Part shown: in pieces, positions 38,155 through 50,797 of the stretch
Layout: the number at the start of each line of letters is the position of its first letter
How positions within the stretch are numbered: position 1 is the stretch's first letter
Assembly: GCA_002633005.1 (NCBI GenBank)
Contig: NMRA01000056.1
Coordinates: 894,294 to 958,293, forward strand
Direction: 5' to 3'
From: Phoronis australis
Lineage: Eukaryota > Animalia > Phoronida
DNA: 64,000 nucleotides
Position numbers and translations under genes: made by a program
Notes under the pieces: model-generated
The model's database searches: none
Told to the model about the DNA's origin: nothing
Seen by the model: the letters and a program-made list of their open reading frames with translations, nothing else

Positions 38155-39030
38155 GATGAGAACTAGTTTCAGAGCTATAAGTCCGTCAAAGGACGATGAA
38201 TCTATGGCATCGAAAGGAGCAGCCATCGGAAAACCTCCAATTACTCGAAAGCGGTAAGTCGTTGCCAGAAAAGGGCACATTCCAGGTAGCACGTGAAGAG
38301 ATTATGTACGCACTAACTTTCCAAAGAGGACTGCGTTCTGTTGAGCGAGAACCCGGCAGAATGAACTAGACAAAGGAAAAGAAGACGGGCACAAAAGTAA
38401 CCATATTCCATAATCAACTTATGAACTGGTATTGACTTTTTAAAATAACTTTGCAATCACGATAAGAACTCTGGAATTGCTAACTGGCTCACTGCAGAGA
38501 TGAGTAAACGAGAGCATTGCACTGCACTAAACCTATAATGACGCACTGATGAGGCATCAAACTGATCGCATTCTAAAGACACGAAATTAACATTTCGGGT
38601 AGTTACTTATTTGGTTTATAAACTAACAAGAATGCTACAGGTAATATACCTCCGATATTAGACATCATTTAGTCTATGTTCCTACCATCAACGACGGCTT
38701 GCCGTGAGTAAAACAAAATTACTCTGCGCTGTGACGTCTTGCAACCTCGCGTGGAACACCCGCATTGACAGTGATTGAGGAAAACCGATGGTGAAATTAT
38801 ATGTGGGGTCTTTTATGGGTGACGTTCGTCAAGATCACCGTAAAACTTCTCACGGAAGCCATGGTGTTTATTAGATTCAGACGTGCTCCAGCCCCTGCCT
38901 CTATTAGAGAATGGCCTTTATTAAAAACCCGGCGTTTATTAGGACGAAACTACGATGGCAAACAGAAAAAATCGCCTTCGCCAATCGTCCCCTAACAATG
39001 TAGTTTCACGTTATGAAAGGTTACGAAAGA
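38155..39030 (-). repeat. Inverted copy of the 16368-17030 repeat with a different middle segment (~38385-38715)
   Basis: Reverse-complement blocks as above. Confidence 0.75.
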
Positions 39031-39825
39031 TCCGGCTAGTATTGGAGACCTGGTTTCTACGGTTTTTTGGAAACCCAACTTATTGGTGGAGACTACGTGT
39101 TTATCAAGTCCACCGGTACCCAAGCTTCTATTAGAGGAAGGTTCCTATTAGAAACCATGGTCTTGTTACGAGTTCTATATTGTCTACGATTCTACTATAC
39201 TGAATTCTCAATTACGAGTGCCAGATTGGCATTACTTTAGTGTACCTGTCAAAGAACGCGGAATCCGCTCAAAAGTGTGGCGTGAACATTATATATAACA
39301 ACTCGTCGCAGACACCGCGCAGCTACAGCCATTACATTGTTTTCCTATATACATAATGTGACTTCAATACGGTATGTATGACACTAGACAAGTGTCGAAA
39401 TTTGTCTAACTTCGGAATTTCATGTCTCAGAAATGACTGACCCGATTCGTGTGAAACTTTCACATGCTATGCTTTATGCAATGTTCTTCAAAAGGCTCCC
39501 AGGAAATGTTGATGAAATGTTACATTTTTGCATGAAGGGCTAACAAAAATGGGGCTTTCATGGCTGGATACTGGGAATAGTCTGCCTGCCCTCTGATATC
39601 TTCTCGGCTACAGTCTCAGAGCAACTTTCGATAATCTATCAAACTGCATGTTTTCAGCAAGACATTTTTGGATTTTGAAAATCATGTTTCAGTATTTTAC
39701 GGAAAGAAGTGACATTTGGTTTCTGAGTGTTTGTTCTGCAATTACTCTAGCGCGTGAAAAGTTTAGTCGCTAATAACCAAGCTCGTTCGATACAATGTTA
39801 ATCCATTTCCGGGTCACATCCTGCC

Positions 39826-39975
39826 TCCCGTTCAGTAACGCTAGGACCTCGCTAAAAAGCAAGACTTCGCGAGATTACGCGAGATATTGCCGTGCATTTG
39901 AAAGGAGAGCACGTGACTTTGACTAGATTTTAGCTAGGTCCTAGCGTAGGTCCTAGCGTCTACTGAACGCACGCC
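39826..39975. mobile_element. Small inverted-repeat element
   Basis: CGTTCAGTA(.)ACGCTAGGACCT ... AGGTCCTAGCGTCTACTGAACG. Confidence 0.6.
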
Positions 39976-40100
39976 TGCATTACTTCTTATAGTATGTTAT
40001 GCTGTACGGAAACTGACGACTTCTACCGAATGATCGTGCTAATAACAGGTGTGTTTTGGTAACTTAGGAAAACTACTAGCTAAGAGCGTGTGTATGCATA

Positions 40101-40742
40101 CGAGGGTCGTTCAATAAGTTCTAGGCCTCACCAAGAAAACAGGGACGCAGGTTAGTTTTTTTCATACCAAGCCCGAGAAAATTCAAGGTGGGTGCTTAGT
40201 CTGCGAGCAAAGTTATGACCTCTGTGTTCTGGGACAGCGAAGGTATTCTGATGATCGACTACTTTCAACGAGGACACACTGTTACTGGGAATTACTATGC
40301 ATCACTTTTGGAAAAACTCAAAGAAGCAAACAAGGAAAAGAGACACGGAAAGTTTCGGGATGGAGTGCTGTTTCTTCAAGACAACGCACCTGCGCATACT
40401 TCCCAAGTTGCGGTGGCTGAAGCAACTAGATGTGGCTTTGAAATCCTTCCGCACCCCGCCTATTCTCCAGACCTGGCCCCGTCTGATTTTTATTTGTTTC
40501 CACATTTGAAGGTATACCTGCGTAGACGCCAGTATGTGAGCGATGATGACGTCATGAGTGCTATGGAGGAGTATTTTGAGGGGCTCGACAAAAGTTTCTT
40601 TTACGAAGGCATTGCAAAACTGGAGCACAGATGGAAGAAATGCATTGATGTAACGGGAGATTATATTGAAAAATAAAAGTCAAAATTAGTTTCTATCCCG
40701 TTGTTTTCTGGGTGAGGCCGAGAACTTATTGAACGACCCTCG
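40101..40742 (+). mobile_element. Internally deleted mariner (D34D) transposon with TIRs and TA TSD
   Basis: TIR CGAGGGTCGTTCAATAAGTTCTAGGCCTCACC / GGTGAGGCCGAGAACTTATTGAACGACCCTCG, flanked by TA at 40099-40100 and 40743-40744. Confidence 0.95.
40215..40676 (+). pseudogene. Mariner transposase C-terminal catalytic fragment (153 aa)
   Basis: VFWDSEG..., LQDNAPAH, HPAYSPDLAPSDF with exactly 34 residues between the 2nd and 3rd Asp; ends GDYIEK. The HTH domain and first catalytic Asp are absent. Confidence 0.92.
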
Positions 40743-41196
40743 TATATGCACGTTTTATAACTGTTTTCTATTGCTTGTATAATAATGCACTTGTGCATTG
40801 TTCACCTGTTGCCCTGATTTGTGCATAGTTTACCTGTTGCCCCGAAATAATGTTCATTCGTTCGACTAAAAATAAAAAAGGACGTTCCTGGGTTTTGTGG
40901 CACACGCAATCATTTCCCATTTGACAAAAAACACCATCGGGCGTTTTTGGGTGTAACAGCTCCCATTCGGCAAAAAACGCTGTCTTGAGGTTCTTGTACG
41001 TTGCATTGTGGCACAGACCCACGTGTCCCGCTTTTTACCTGGATGTCCTGCTTTTGCAATCCAGTTGTCCCGTTTTTTCATTCTCCAACATTGACAATTA
41101 TGCAACAAGTGTACAAAAGAGCATTTTCTCTTTCTTATGAATATTGTCATTCTCCAGGGTCCACTTTTTAATACTTAAAACAAAAAAATGTGTCCC

Positions 41197-42765
41197 AATT
41201 TCTCCTGTTTACGGTACACAGACTACATTTATCAGTATCACTAATTTTCACATTCTAAAGAAATAAGTTCATTTCTATCTCTGAGACTCGTGGCTTCAGT
41301 GTTCGTGGTTGGCACACCTTCTAATGGTGCGTGGTCGGCACACAGCAACCAATGTAATGAGCTATTCACAGTATGTTTGGAAAACCACGCAATAGACGTT
41401 TTCCCATTTTTATCTATCAGAGAAAATCTGCAAATTTTTGATAGGTGGTTGGAGTAATAAGTTTGCAAATGACGCTGCTTCTTGATTTTTTGCTGAATAT
41501 TTTATCAAACGGCACGAAAAGGTTCAATTAATATATAAAGATGTATAATTTTGGATGAATGCCCGACTAAATTCCTCACAGCGGGTGGAGGTAGGGAGGG
41601 ATGTTTTTTCCCTCCCGTGTAATATTTTTTTTCAATTCTTGTACCTGATTTCGTTTTTCATAGCAACGTCTTTTTAATTATTATTTTTGATCCTGTCCCA
41701 GGGGGGAGTTAAACCCTCTGACCCCCCCCCCCTCCCCACCCCCGTAGATTCGCCATGCCTAGCCATGTTAATATATAGCAAGGACTAAACAACAAATGTC
41801 ATTTGAACACCAGTGCAGTTGAATTCATTCAATACTTGTAAATGTGAAAACAAAAAAATCTGCAAATTAATAGTTGACGGTTGCACTTATGACATACCTT
41901 AGTTTGGGGCTCACTAGCCCGGTCATGCAGTGTTATTCCCCAACACCACGTCACGATACTTACTGGACAAGGTTGAGTCATTTACAGCGGAACATTTTTG
42001 ACACAAAACTCGTTCTTAAAAACATTTGGCAATTTTCAGAGTACTCTTTTTCTGACATCGTCGCTATATATTGTGTTTCTAACTAATTTGACCAAGCAAT
42101 CAGAGTTACAAGGAATTAGCTTGGAAGTTCCAGTATTTAAAAAATTTCGCAGTTTCGAAGTCATTATGTAATATTAGGGGGAAAAACATATGCCTACTGT
42201 CCGTTTCCAAGAGCTGGGATGTAACTTTGTACTCGAAAACAAACTCGAAATCATTTTCGTCAGTTTCCGTTCTACTTTTTTGAGAACTCAAGACACTTGT
42301 CTGTTATTCTGTTATAAAGTACTTTATGGTTTCTGCATGTCATTTTCTAGTGGGCCAAGTTTCCACTTGATGACCCTTAGGGTCCAAAAAGGTGAAGATG
42401 TGTTCTAATTTCTCTTGTTTACGGTACATAGACTACATTTATCAGTATTGCTAACTCTTACTTTCAACAGAAATAAGTTTATTTCTGTGTAAAGTCCTGC
42501 TCTGCATCCAATGTGATGAGCTATTCACAGTATGTTTCTAAGCAACACAATAAATAGACTTTTGCCCATTTTTAACTATCAGAAAACCCTTATCTGCAAA
42601 TTTCAGATAAGTAGTTGGAGCGCTTAGTTTATCACATTTTTGCAAATGCCACTGCATCCTGAATTTTTGCTGAAAATGTTATTTTATCGCAAGGCACCAA
42701 AAGGTTCCATTAATATACAAAGATGAACAATTTTGGATGAATGCCTGACTAAATTCCTCAAAGCA
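41197..42765 (+). repeat. Local direct duplication of ~370 bp (41197-41580 vs 42407-42765)
   Basis: Shared TGTTTACGGTACA.AGACTACATTTATCAGTAT, ATGAGCTATTCACAGTATGTTT and ATTTTGGATGAATGCC.GACTAAATTCCTCA. Confidence 0.82.
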
Positions 42766-43406
42766 ACTTTAAGAAATCAATATTGTGCAGGTTTATTTGG
42801 TAATTTAAAAACGTATGTGGTTCAGTTGTATTCTATGCTAATATAACATCCTATATTAATTGACATTACAAGATATTTTTTACTAATAACTTAATTAATA
42901 AGCCAATTAATTCATAACTACACTAGGCGCGATTATTCTTTAACCAGTCAGGCATGCAAAATAATAATTATATTTGAAGAAAATTATTTATTGTTTTCTT
43001 CTCTTATAATAGTGCCAGTTCTTGGCTAGATGGTCTATAGAAAGTTAAACAACACAACAAGACCCTGTGCTTCGTATTACGACGTTTCGATATTCCTCAG
43101 TATCATTATCAGGTATAATGCAGTTAGTACACAGACGCAATAACAGATGTATAAAGGCGAGACAAATCCATAATCTATTACGTAACATCAAGCTCAAAGT
43201 GCATTCTAAAGCACTGAACATCGAACCTCTACCACTCGCTGGTTCCCTACGTGCCCAGCCAGCACGCAGGTATCACCCCGTTGCACGCGCTTTGGCATTG
43301 GTTGGTGTAACCTCGGCAGTCAGTGGTTAGCTTCACAACAACGAGAAAAAATGGCGAACCATGAACAATTTTTAGCCTTAATTGTCATGCAAGTGGCGTA
43401 GCAGCA

Positions 43407-43825
43407 ACAGTTCCAAATAGGGACTCAACTAAGTACCCTAAATCTTTTGCCTACTTGCGTCTTTGTTTACTCAAAGATGTAATCTTTTTCTATCATTTCA
43501 TCTTTAGTATGATCTCCTCTTTGACTAATAAAGACATTTTCTAATAATATAACTAAAAAGTGAGCCCTGAATTAATTGAAAATAATTCGGGACTTAGTCC
43601 TTAATTTAGGAGCGTTGCATGAAAAGATCCCTATAAATTTTCGATAATATTGAGAATTCAGCGTCGAATTCACTTTCGTTTTGTATCAAACCCAAAAATT
43701 GACTTAGTAACGAAATGAAGACAGCATAAGAAAGGACAATCAGTGTTTTCACAAGTTCACAAATACGCAGTAGATTTAGGGAACTTAGTTGAGTCCCTAT
43801 TTGGGAATGTTTCATGCAACCGGCC
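43407..43825. mobile_element. Harbinger-like MITE, copy 1 (left end truncated)
   Basis: TIR AACAG(T)TCCAAATAGGGACTCAACTAAG / CTTAGTTGAGTCCCTATTTGGGAATGTTTCATGCAACCGGCC; a second copy lies at 59948-60392. Confidence 0.78.
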
Positions 43826-45819
43826 ACAGATTTCCTGAACATGAATTTTAAGCACCGATTTGTCTGTACAACATACCACGTTTACACTTGCTCCAACAGT
43901 CATGTCATTTTGTTTGCGTAAAGCGCTACCTGTTGAGAATTTGACCAGCAATCAGAAACGCCGGAGTAAAAATTTTTTCCGAGTAAAATTAAGAGATAGG
44001 CCTACCTGCGTGCTGGCTACCGAACACCTACCTGCACGCAGGGAACCAGCGAGATCTCTACCACAGCCAATGGGCTATATTATACAAAATCTCATTGACC
44101 ACAGCTCCCTCCTTTGACCCAGCGCCACCTATACTTCCGTAGCACTGTGAAAGAGTGTACCACAGTTATAGCTTGAATGCTCCATTGTCTCGATCTCTCT
44201 GCATGATATTGCTTTATGACTAGAAGTGCCTCACGGATCAACAACCTAGTACAGTTAGTGTATTGGTCGAGGATTTTCACACTTGATTAGGCTATTTCAT
44301 AGTCAGTGACACGTAAAGTGCGTCAGCAGAGCGCTCTCTGCAAATTTCGAATAGGTAGTTCGAGTAAATAGTTTATCACATTCTTTTAAATGTCATTAAT
44401 TGCATCCTGATTTTTTACTAAGGAATGTGATTGTACCAAAAGACTTAAAGGTCCCATTAATAAAAAAGACTGTACTTCGGGAGCAAGTTTTCGGTTATAC
44501 AGAATTTGTTAAATGCACGACACTTTTCATTGTTCACAGTCTTTATTCCGTTGCGTTCACACTTTCGAAACAAAACTCTACTCTCAACTGAACATAGATA
44601 CAGTAACTGACCTAGCGACATAATTAAAAGACACACGATATTTCGAAACATACTTGTGTCTTTTAATTATGTCCCGGCGAGCGCCCATAAATAATTTTAG
44701 TTTACTCAAGGAAGAGTGTCGTTAATAACACTAATTCGGTGAAGATTTTATATGTGCAGTGTTTTACCGACATCGGCGCCAAGCTGTATATTTAGTATAC
44801 TGCTTTGCCGCACAAAGGCTAGTTATGATGCTTCACCCGATAACCAGAACGCCCTTATTTTTCTTGACTAAAACGTGGAGAAAACGATTTTCATTTTGTT
44901 CTTAAACTTACGCAGTGGATAAAGTTATAAGTATTTAGCTCAAAAGCGTGCAACGTGGTTGGTTTGTGGCCAACTCGAAAGCGCCGCGTGTTACAAAGCG
45001 AAGTGTCCTGTAGCGCACAAAAGATTACGTTGGAGTAATCGGCACGAGACCTGTATATGCATACGTATATAGCTCCATTGTATGATCTGTGAAGGCCTAC
45101 CGGTAATAAATCTTAACTTGTTTGTCACTGCGGTTTCAATCCCCGGCAGTTATGTTCAGTCCCCGGCGGTCCCGTTTTCTGGTGAGGCGGTCATGTTTTT
45201 AGGTGCGTCAGTCCCATTTTATGGTGCGACGGTTCCATTTGATCTCCGGAGATCCTGTTTTGGGTGAGTCGGTCCGATTTAAGAGGACCGGCGGTCATGT
45301 TGTTTCTCACCCGTAAAGATGTTCGGACGCAAATTGCTCTACCTCACAAACGGGTGGCAAAATTTGTCACCACGGTGTCAATTTGCTCCCTGTCAATCCC
45401 GTTTACACACTGGAACAACTCGTTCCGTGTCAGCTAATCCGTGTAAACGGCACTTTAAACTGTTGGTTACATTAGTCAGTCATATAATTTCTACCTCTCT
45501 GATTCATTTCATTTTATGCTGCTATCACACCTTGAATTAATTGACAGTGCAAGTTAATTAGCTGTAATTAGTTCGTTAGTTCTTGAAGGGTTTCATTGTT
45601 ACACTCTTCGTTAATGTTTTTTGTAATACTTGAAAAGTCGTGAGTAAAACAAAGATTGTGCCCAGTTGGCTGTCGAACTAAACAGGATCCTGTAAACCAC
45701 AAATAACAACAGGATATAATATTATGTAACTACATTATGCAAACACATTTCAACATAGTTATCAATACTCATGCTGTCATAAGTGAAACTAACTTAGGCC
45801 TACTCCGAGACTGAAGATT

Positions 45820-46173
45820 TACAAGGTGACACCAATATTCGGCTCAGTGTTCAAAATGTGTTCGTGTTATTATTTGTCGTAGGTACATGATTTTGGTATT
45901 GTTGCGCCTACTGTACCATGGTGTTTAGAATTAAAAAAGTTAAACCTGTCAGACATGAAAAATAATTATAAATTGACTATCCTTTAGGCCTCTAGTCCGT
46001 CATAATTATACACCATCAAAAGCTCGTGAAAGGCTTTCTATGACTCTTAAGCAATTCGGTTGAACTAACGGCGCAGTGACTCACAGTACAAGGTGACACC
46101 AGTTGATGCAGTGTTCAAAATAATTTGTGTCATTATTTGTCGTAGGAAAACATATTGTTGCGCCTACTGTACC
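45820..46173 (+). repeat. Direct repeat of ~90 bp (45820-45918 vs 46088-46173)
   Basis: TACAAGGTGACACCA...CAGTGTTCAAAAT...TTATTTGTCGTAGG...TATTGTTGCGCCTACTGTACCA. Confidence 0.8.
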
Positions 46174-47059
46174 AGCTAGTTAGCGGTAGTACCCACAGCT
46201 GCTTCCCGAATCGCCGAATCGCAAGCGGATGGGGTGATCCCCTGTTTGACAATGCCGGAGCTTAGCTCAAAATATTCCAAAATATAGGTGAATTTTGCTC
46301 GGAAGAAGTCTTCGGTGATAACAATTCTAATTACTCCATTTGTACTAAATATAAATTCCACCCTAAGCCTATTTTCCATAAGAAGAAACACCGGCCAGAA
46401 AAAAACGAATGCCACCAACTCACACCAAAGTGAGCACGGTGTGTGCAGCTCGTCATACCCTACCCTCTGACACAGCGCCACCTACACTGCACCTAGAGTG
46501 TATTCAAACCCATTCAGTTTTCAAAATTTAGGTCAAAAGGACATACTAAATGGCCTTGAAAAGTATTCGTCCGTTACATCATACCGGTTAGCCAGTGAAA
46601 ATTGTTTTCCTTGTTGGCAATGTTGTCGCTCAACAAAAGAGACGCCCGGAGTTCAATCGAGGTCATCTTTGCAGGGAAGTGTGTCTTACGTATTTTTTAT
46701 TTAGCCTCAACATCCTCGGGACAGCAAATCCTCAGACAGCAGAGTGAACACATATTGTGATTTTTGCCTGGTCGTCTGAGGCACTAGGCGTCCGGTGTCC
46801 GCTGAAGAATGCCTCAGTTTTGACCTGTATTAACTTGTAGTGAAAACGCCTGTAGTAAAAACGCCTTCCCATCCAGTTCTTTGAAATAAATAATGCTCTA
46901 TAACCATCGACAACCCTCAAAAGTTTGGAACAAAATTAGTTCCTATTGCAGAGGGCATAGCTCGCAGCTCTCTTGAAAAGAACCCAACGTTGACACCCTC
47001 CCGACTGGTCTTGAGTGGGCAACCGAATAACTCGAATGATAAGTGGAACCAGGAAAACG

Positions 47060-47965
47060 GATGGCTAACTTTAGGTAGCTATTGACGATATCTATTCACA
47101 TACTAGTAAATTTCAGAAACATCTGTCCAAGGACCTCAGACCTAATAATCAAAACGTGGCCACCAGAGCGCTACATTGGGTCCCATTTCAGGGAAAATAA
47201 TAGGCCCTGAATTCAGAAGAGACACGTTATGTGAACATTTCAAGCCGGTCGAACGAGAAATGTGCATAGAACCAAAACAAATCAAAAAACTAAGAGTAAT
47301 GTTTACGCAAGAACACTTTTGCGAAAAAAGCGCTATTTAAAGATCGACGACAAGGCATCACTAGTATTCAGCAAAATTTAATTCATTTTGCGGCATACCC
47401 ATTTTGCCAAGTAAAATAACACAAACTTTTCGACAGAGCAACATATGCTTGGGACAATTTCATTTCTTTAGGTAAAAACTGTCGGGCAGAACAACACATA
47501 ATTCCTCCAAGTATAAATACTTTTCGATAGAGAAACATAACAGACGGTATTGAACGTGTACTTACTCGAGTTGTATAATAGTGCAGTTCTTTCGTCGTAG
47601 TAATACTCGTCTTGGGTCGGCATATTAGCAACAAATAACGATCTGTCGGTTCTTAACGGTCCCCAAAATCACTTCTAGCCCGAGTACGGAGCAAACTGAG
47701 ATCAATTCTAATGTGGTAAGTCAGCGGTTTAAATCAAAAAGTTCTCGTCGTGGACTGATCGCGGTTCATAGCCACTTTTAATGTGTCAGCATGTCATCGT
47801 TCGTCCTTTTGCCCAAAGGCGTCGCTGGGTTCTTTTTAACTCCTCCGAAAAAGGCCGCTCTAATGTTATTTTCCCGCAAACCCGCGTCCTCGCAAATTTG
47901 TGAGTGTCTTTCGCGTGTGGTCTTCGGGGACTGGCTGTGGGCGATTATTTGAAACTCAGCGGACA
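47060..47965 (+). repeat. Second copy of the ~950-bp dispersed repeat
   Basis: Collinear with 11745-12712. Confidence 0.8.
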
Positions 47966-50605
47966 CTAGATTACGTAAGGCTGCCCTCTGATCGGCTCAA
48001 TAAACAGGTCAAATCACGTACCGGCCACTAGCCGAGAACACTGCGGATAAAATGACGAATTTCTATTGTTTATGTTGTGTTATCGATTCACGTCTTCTTC
48101 AACTCAGTCTGTGACAAGAGCAGATCACCATGTTCTTTTGTTTGGGTCAACGAAGCTTTTTAAGGCGTGTTGTAAAGGGGCGGAGCGGGGGCGCTCTAAT
48201 ATAGATCAACAATATTGCAGTTTGTTTGCTGATTGACTTATGGGAAGCGAAGCTTGTGGTTGTACTTAGAAACATTTTCCTTTGTATGCCTTGCATGACA
48301 AATGCAACCTGTACAATGTTGGATATGCAGGCCACAGTCTGGAAAAAACTGTTTTTATAAACGAGAATTTACATGACAAATGCCATTATACATATACAGG
48401 AGACAATATAGCGAGGCCCTGGAAAATGGTAGGGTGTCTTAAATATGTGAGCCATTGAGGCAATGTAGGTATTGATTTCAGTCAATCACACGTCTGCAAG
48501 CATGCATCAATGATTTAAGGGAATGTTATTTGCACAAATTCTGTTTAAATTGGTGATGACGTCATTCCATGTGTGAACTGTGCTGAGGCCCCTTAAATCA
48601 CCATTGACCATAAGCTAACTTTCCATCATCATGTTGATGAACTATATGAAGTGCCGGCCAAGCGGCCAAGCTGTATCATTACTCACTAAGCTATGTCTGC
48701 CGGGTTGATGAGAAACAAAGATAAAACTATCACGCTTTTGTTAGATCATACTTCAATCATTGGGCCACTCTTAATTGTTTGGCGTAGTACGCGGCAGCCA
48801 GAGAAATGGACCGTCCACCGAGTTTCGTTCCCCGTTAGTGTCATGATCACCAATCAGGATGTTCAACTGTGCTGTTTGCCTAAAAAACGCTGTCCCATTG
48901 GTAGTTCTTAGAGTACATATAATTGTACGAAGTAAAACACATCCACAGTATAGGCTCATATGCACTTGTATTTTGCATTTAATTCTAAGTCATTCTATAA
49001 TATTCGGGGGCAAAACATACCGTCCGTTTCCAGGAGCCGGGGTCTAATCTTTGTACTCGAAATCATTTTCATCATCATGTCTTTCCGTTCTACTTTCAAG
49101 TGCGAACGGAAGTCAAGACAATTGTCTGTCCATTCTGTGATAGGATACTTTATGGTCTCTGCATGATCAGTTTCTAGTGAGACAGGTTTTTAAATGATGA
49201 CCCTGTAGATTCGTGCCGAAAACACAAGTAAAAAGTAGATTTCGAGTATTAACACTGAGTTTAGTCGATTTCTACGAATTTTCTGAAAAAACTGAAGTTG
49301 CATAAAAAGAAAACAAAATGATAGGAAACTGCAATGCAGCCTTTATACCCGGCAAATATCATTTTGAAATCGTTGTTTTAATATTAATTTACCTTTCTTT
49401 CCTTGCTAAATTTTAATATAAAGACAGGGTCACGTGCCAGGGCAGGTGCTGTTGTCAAATGAGGGATTATTAATTTTGCAGATAATCCCAACTATGATGG
49501 TAAAGCGCAATTTTATTAGTCCATAAGTTTTTAAAAATACTAAAATCATCAGATTAGGCGAACCGAGATGGGCCAGGGTTCTTCCTTTTGTTAAGGTTTC
49601 AAAATGAGTCCTGCCTCAGACCTGAACGAAGCACGTCATCCCTCCCTCAAAATTTTGGTGCAGCCGGCCTGAGAAGCGTCAGTCTCAAAGAAACCGTCGA
49701 TCAAGCCCTGTCCCACGCCAGCGTGTCAGTGCTGTTGACATCAGCTAAGACAATAAGAGCACCGAAATTCCGAGTCCCTTTTCCAAGAAATTTTTGAGAC
49801 GCCGAACGAAAAAGGAATTTACCATATTTGTAGTGTAGTACACGATGTCGCTTATTTTGACATTTGACACACGCGCACGTGACAATAGCATGCAAGACTC
49901 GGAGGACAGACTTCTCACGCCCGCGCGGAATAAAGGCCAACGGCAGTAATGTTCAAGTTGGCAGGTCAAAAATACTCGAGCATGGAGAACTGTCACGTTA
50001 TAACCCGAAAAACCTTGATCAGCATGTCGCCATAGTAGAATTGTTCAGTTACACCTTTGGACCATATTCCAGTAGGAATCGTGCACTTTTACTCCCCCAA
50101 CCACAGGCCAAATGAAATACGAACGTCAAAAGCTTAAGACTCCAATCCCCTCGGTGAGATGGAGTGATTTGGTACTGCCAATATAGCAAGTGACTCAACT
50201 GAAGGAAATCACCCACCAGAACAGGATTCAGTGTCCTTTTAACACAGTCAAAGCACTGCTTCAATACCCAACTTCAGTCCAATCAATGGGTACTTGAGGC
50301 CGTCATCGAGTTTTTTATTTCACCACATTTAGATGCTGCAGTAAATATGAGTACACATTTCATCTTGGAAAATGTTTATCTACAAAAGTATCTGAAGTAA
50401 AATTATCTCAAATATCAGAAAAAGGAAAATTAATAAAATACATCAGGAAACACAAAATTAGTCTATTCATGAACAAGAATAGCCTCCTTAAAATTGATAA
50501 AACAGGCATTTGTAATGTTATGATGAAATTGTACTCATAACCCATACAAGTCACATCACAGCCCATGTCAAAATGTCTCAGTATAAATAAAAAAGCAAAG
50601 TCTTC

Positions 50606-50797
50606 TTATTCTAACACATCAGGAATTGGGTTTCGCGGATAGCCAAAAACTCGTCGTTTTTCAATGGTATTTGCATAAAATCCACTTTCATCTTGCCAAG
50701 TATTACGTCCAGGTCGCCTGTAATCTGCAGTGTCTGTGAACTGGGAGTGACACCTTTTGTATGCTGTGGAGTTATCTTCGACCACTTCCGGTTGGAT
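50606..50797 (-). CDS. CFAP95: CFAP95-like last coding exon
   Basis: cttcag|IQPEVVEDNSTAYKRCHSQFTDTADYRRPGRNTWQDESGFYANTIEKRRVFGYPRNPIPDVLE*. Confidence 0.9.
   Translation of the reverse strand: MQPEVVEDNSTAYKRCHSQFTDTADYRRPGRNTWQDESGFYANTIEKRRVFGYPRNPIPDVLE

Noticed and set aside
40302-40628. 108-aa antisense ORF in the mariner
   Set aside because: Shadow of the transposase frame.
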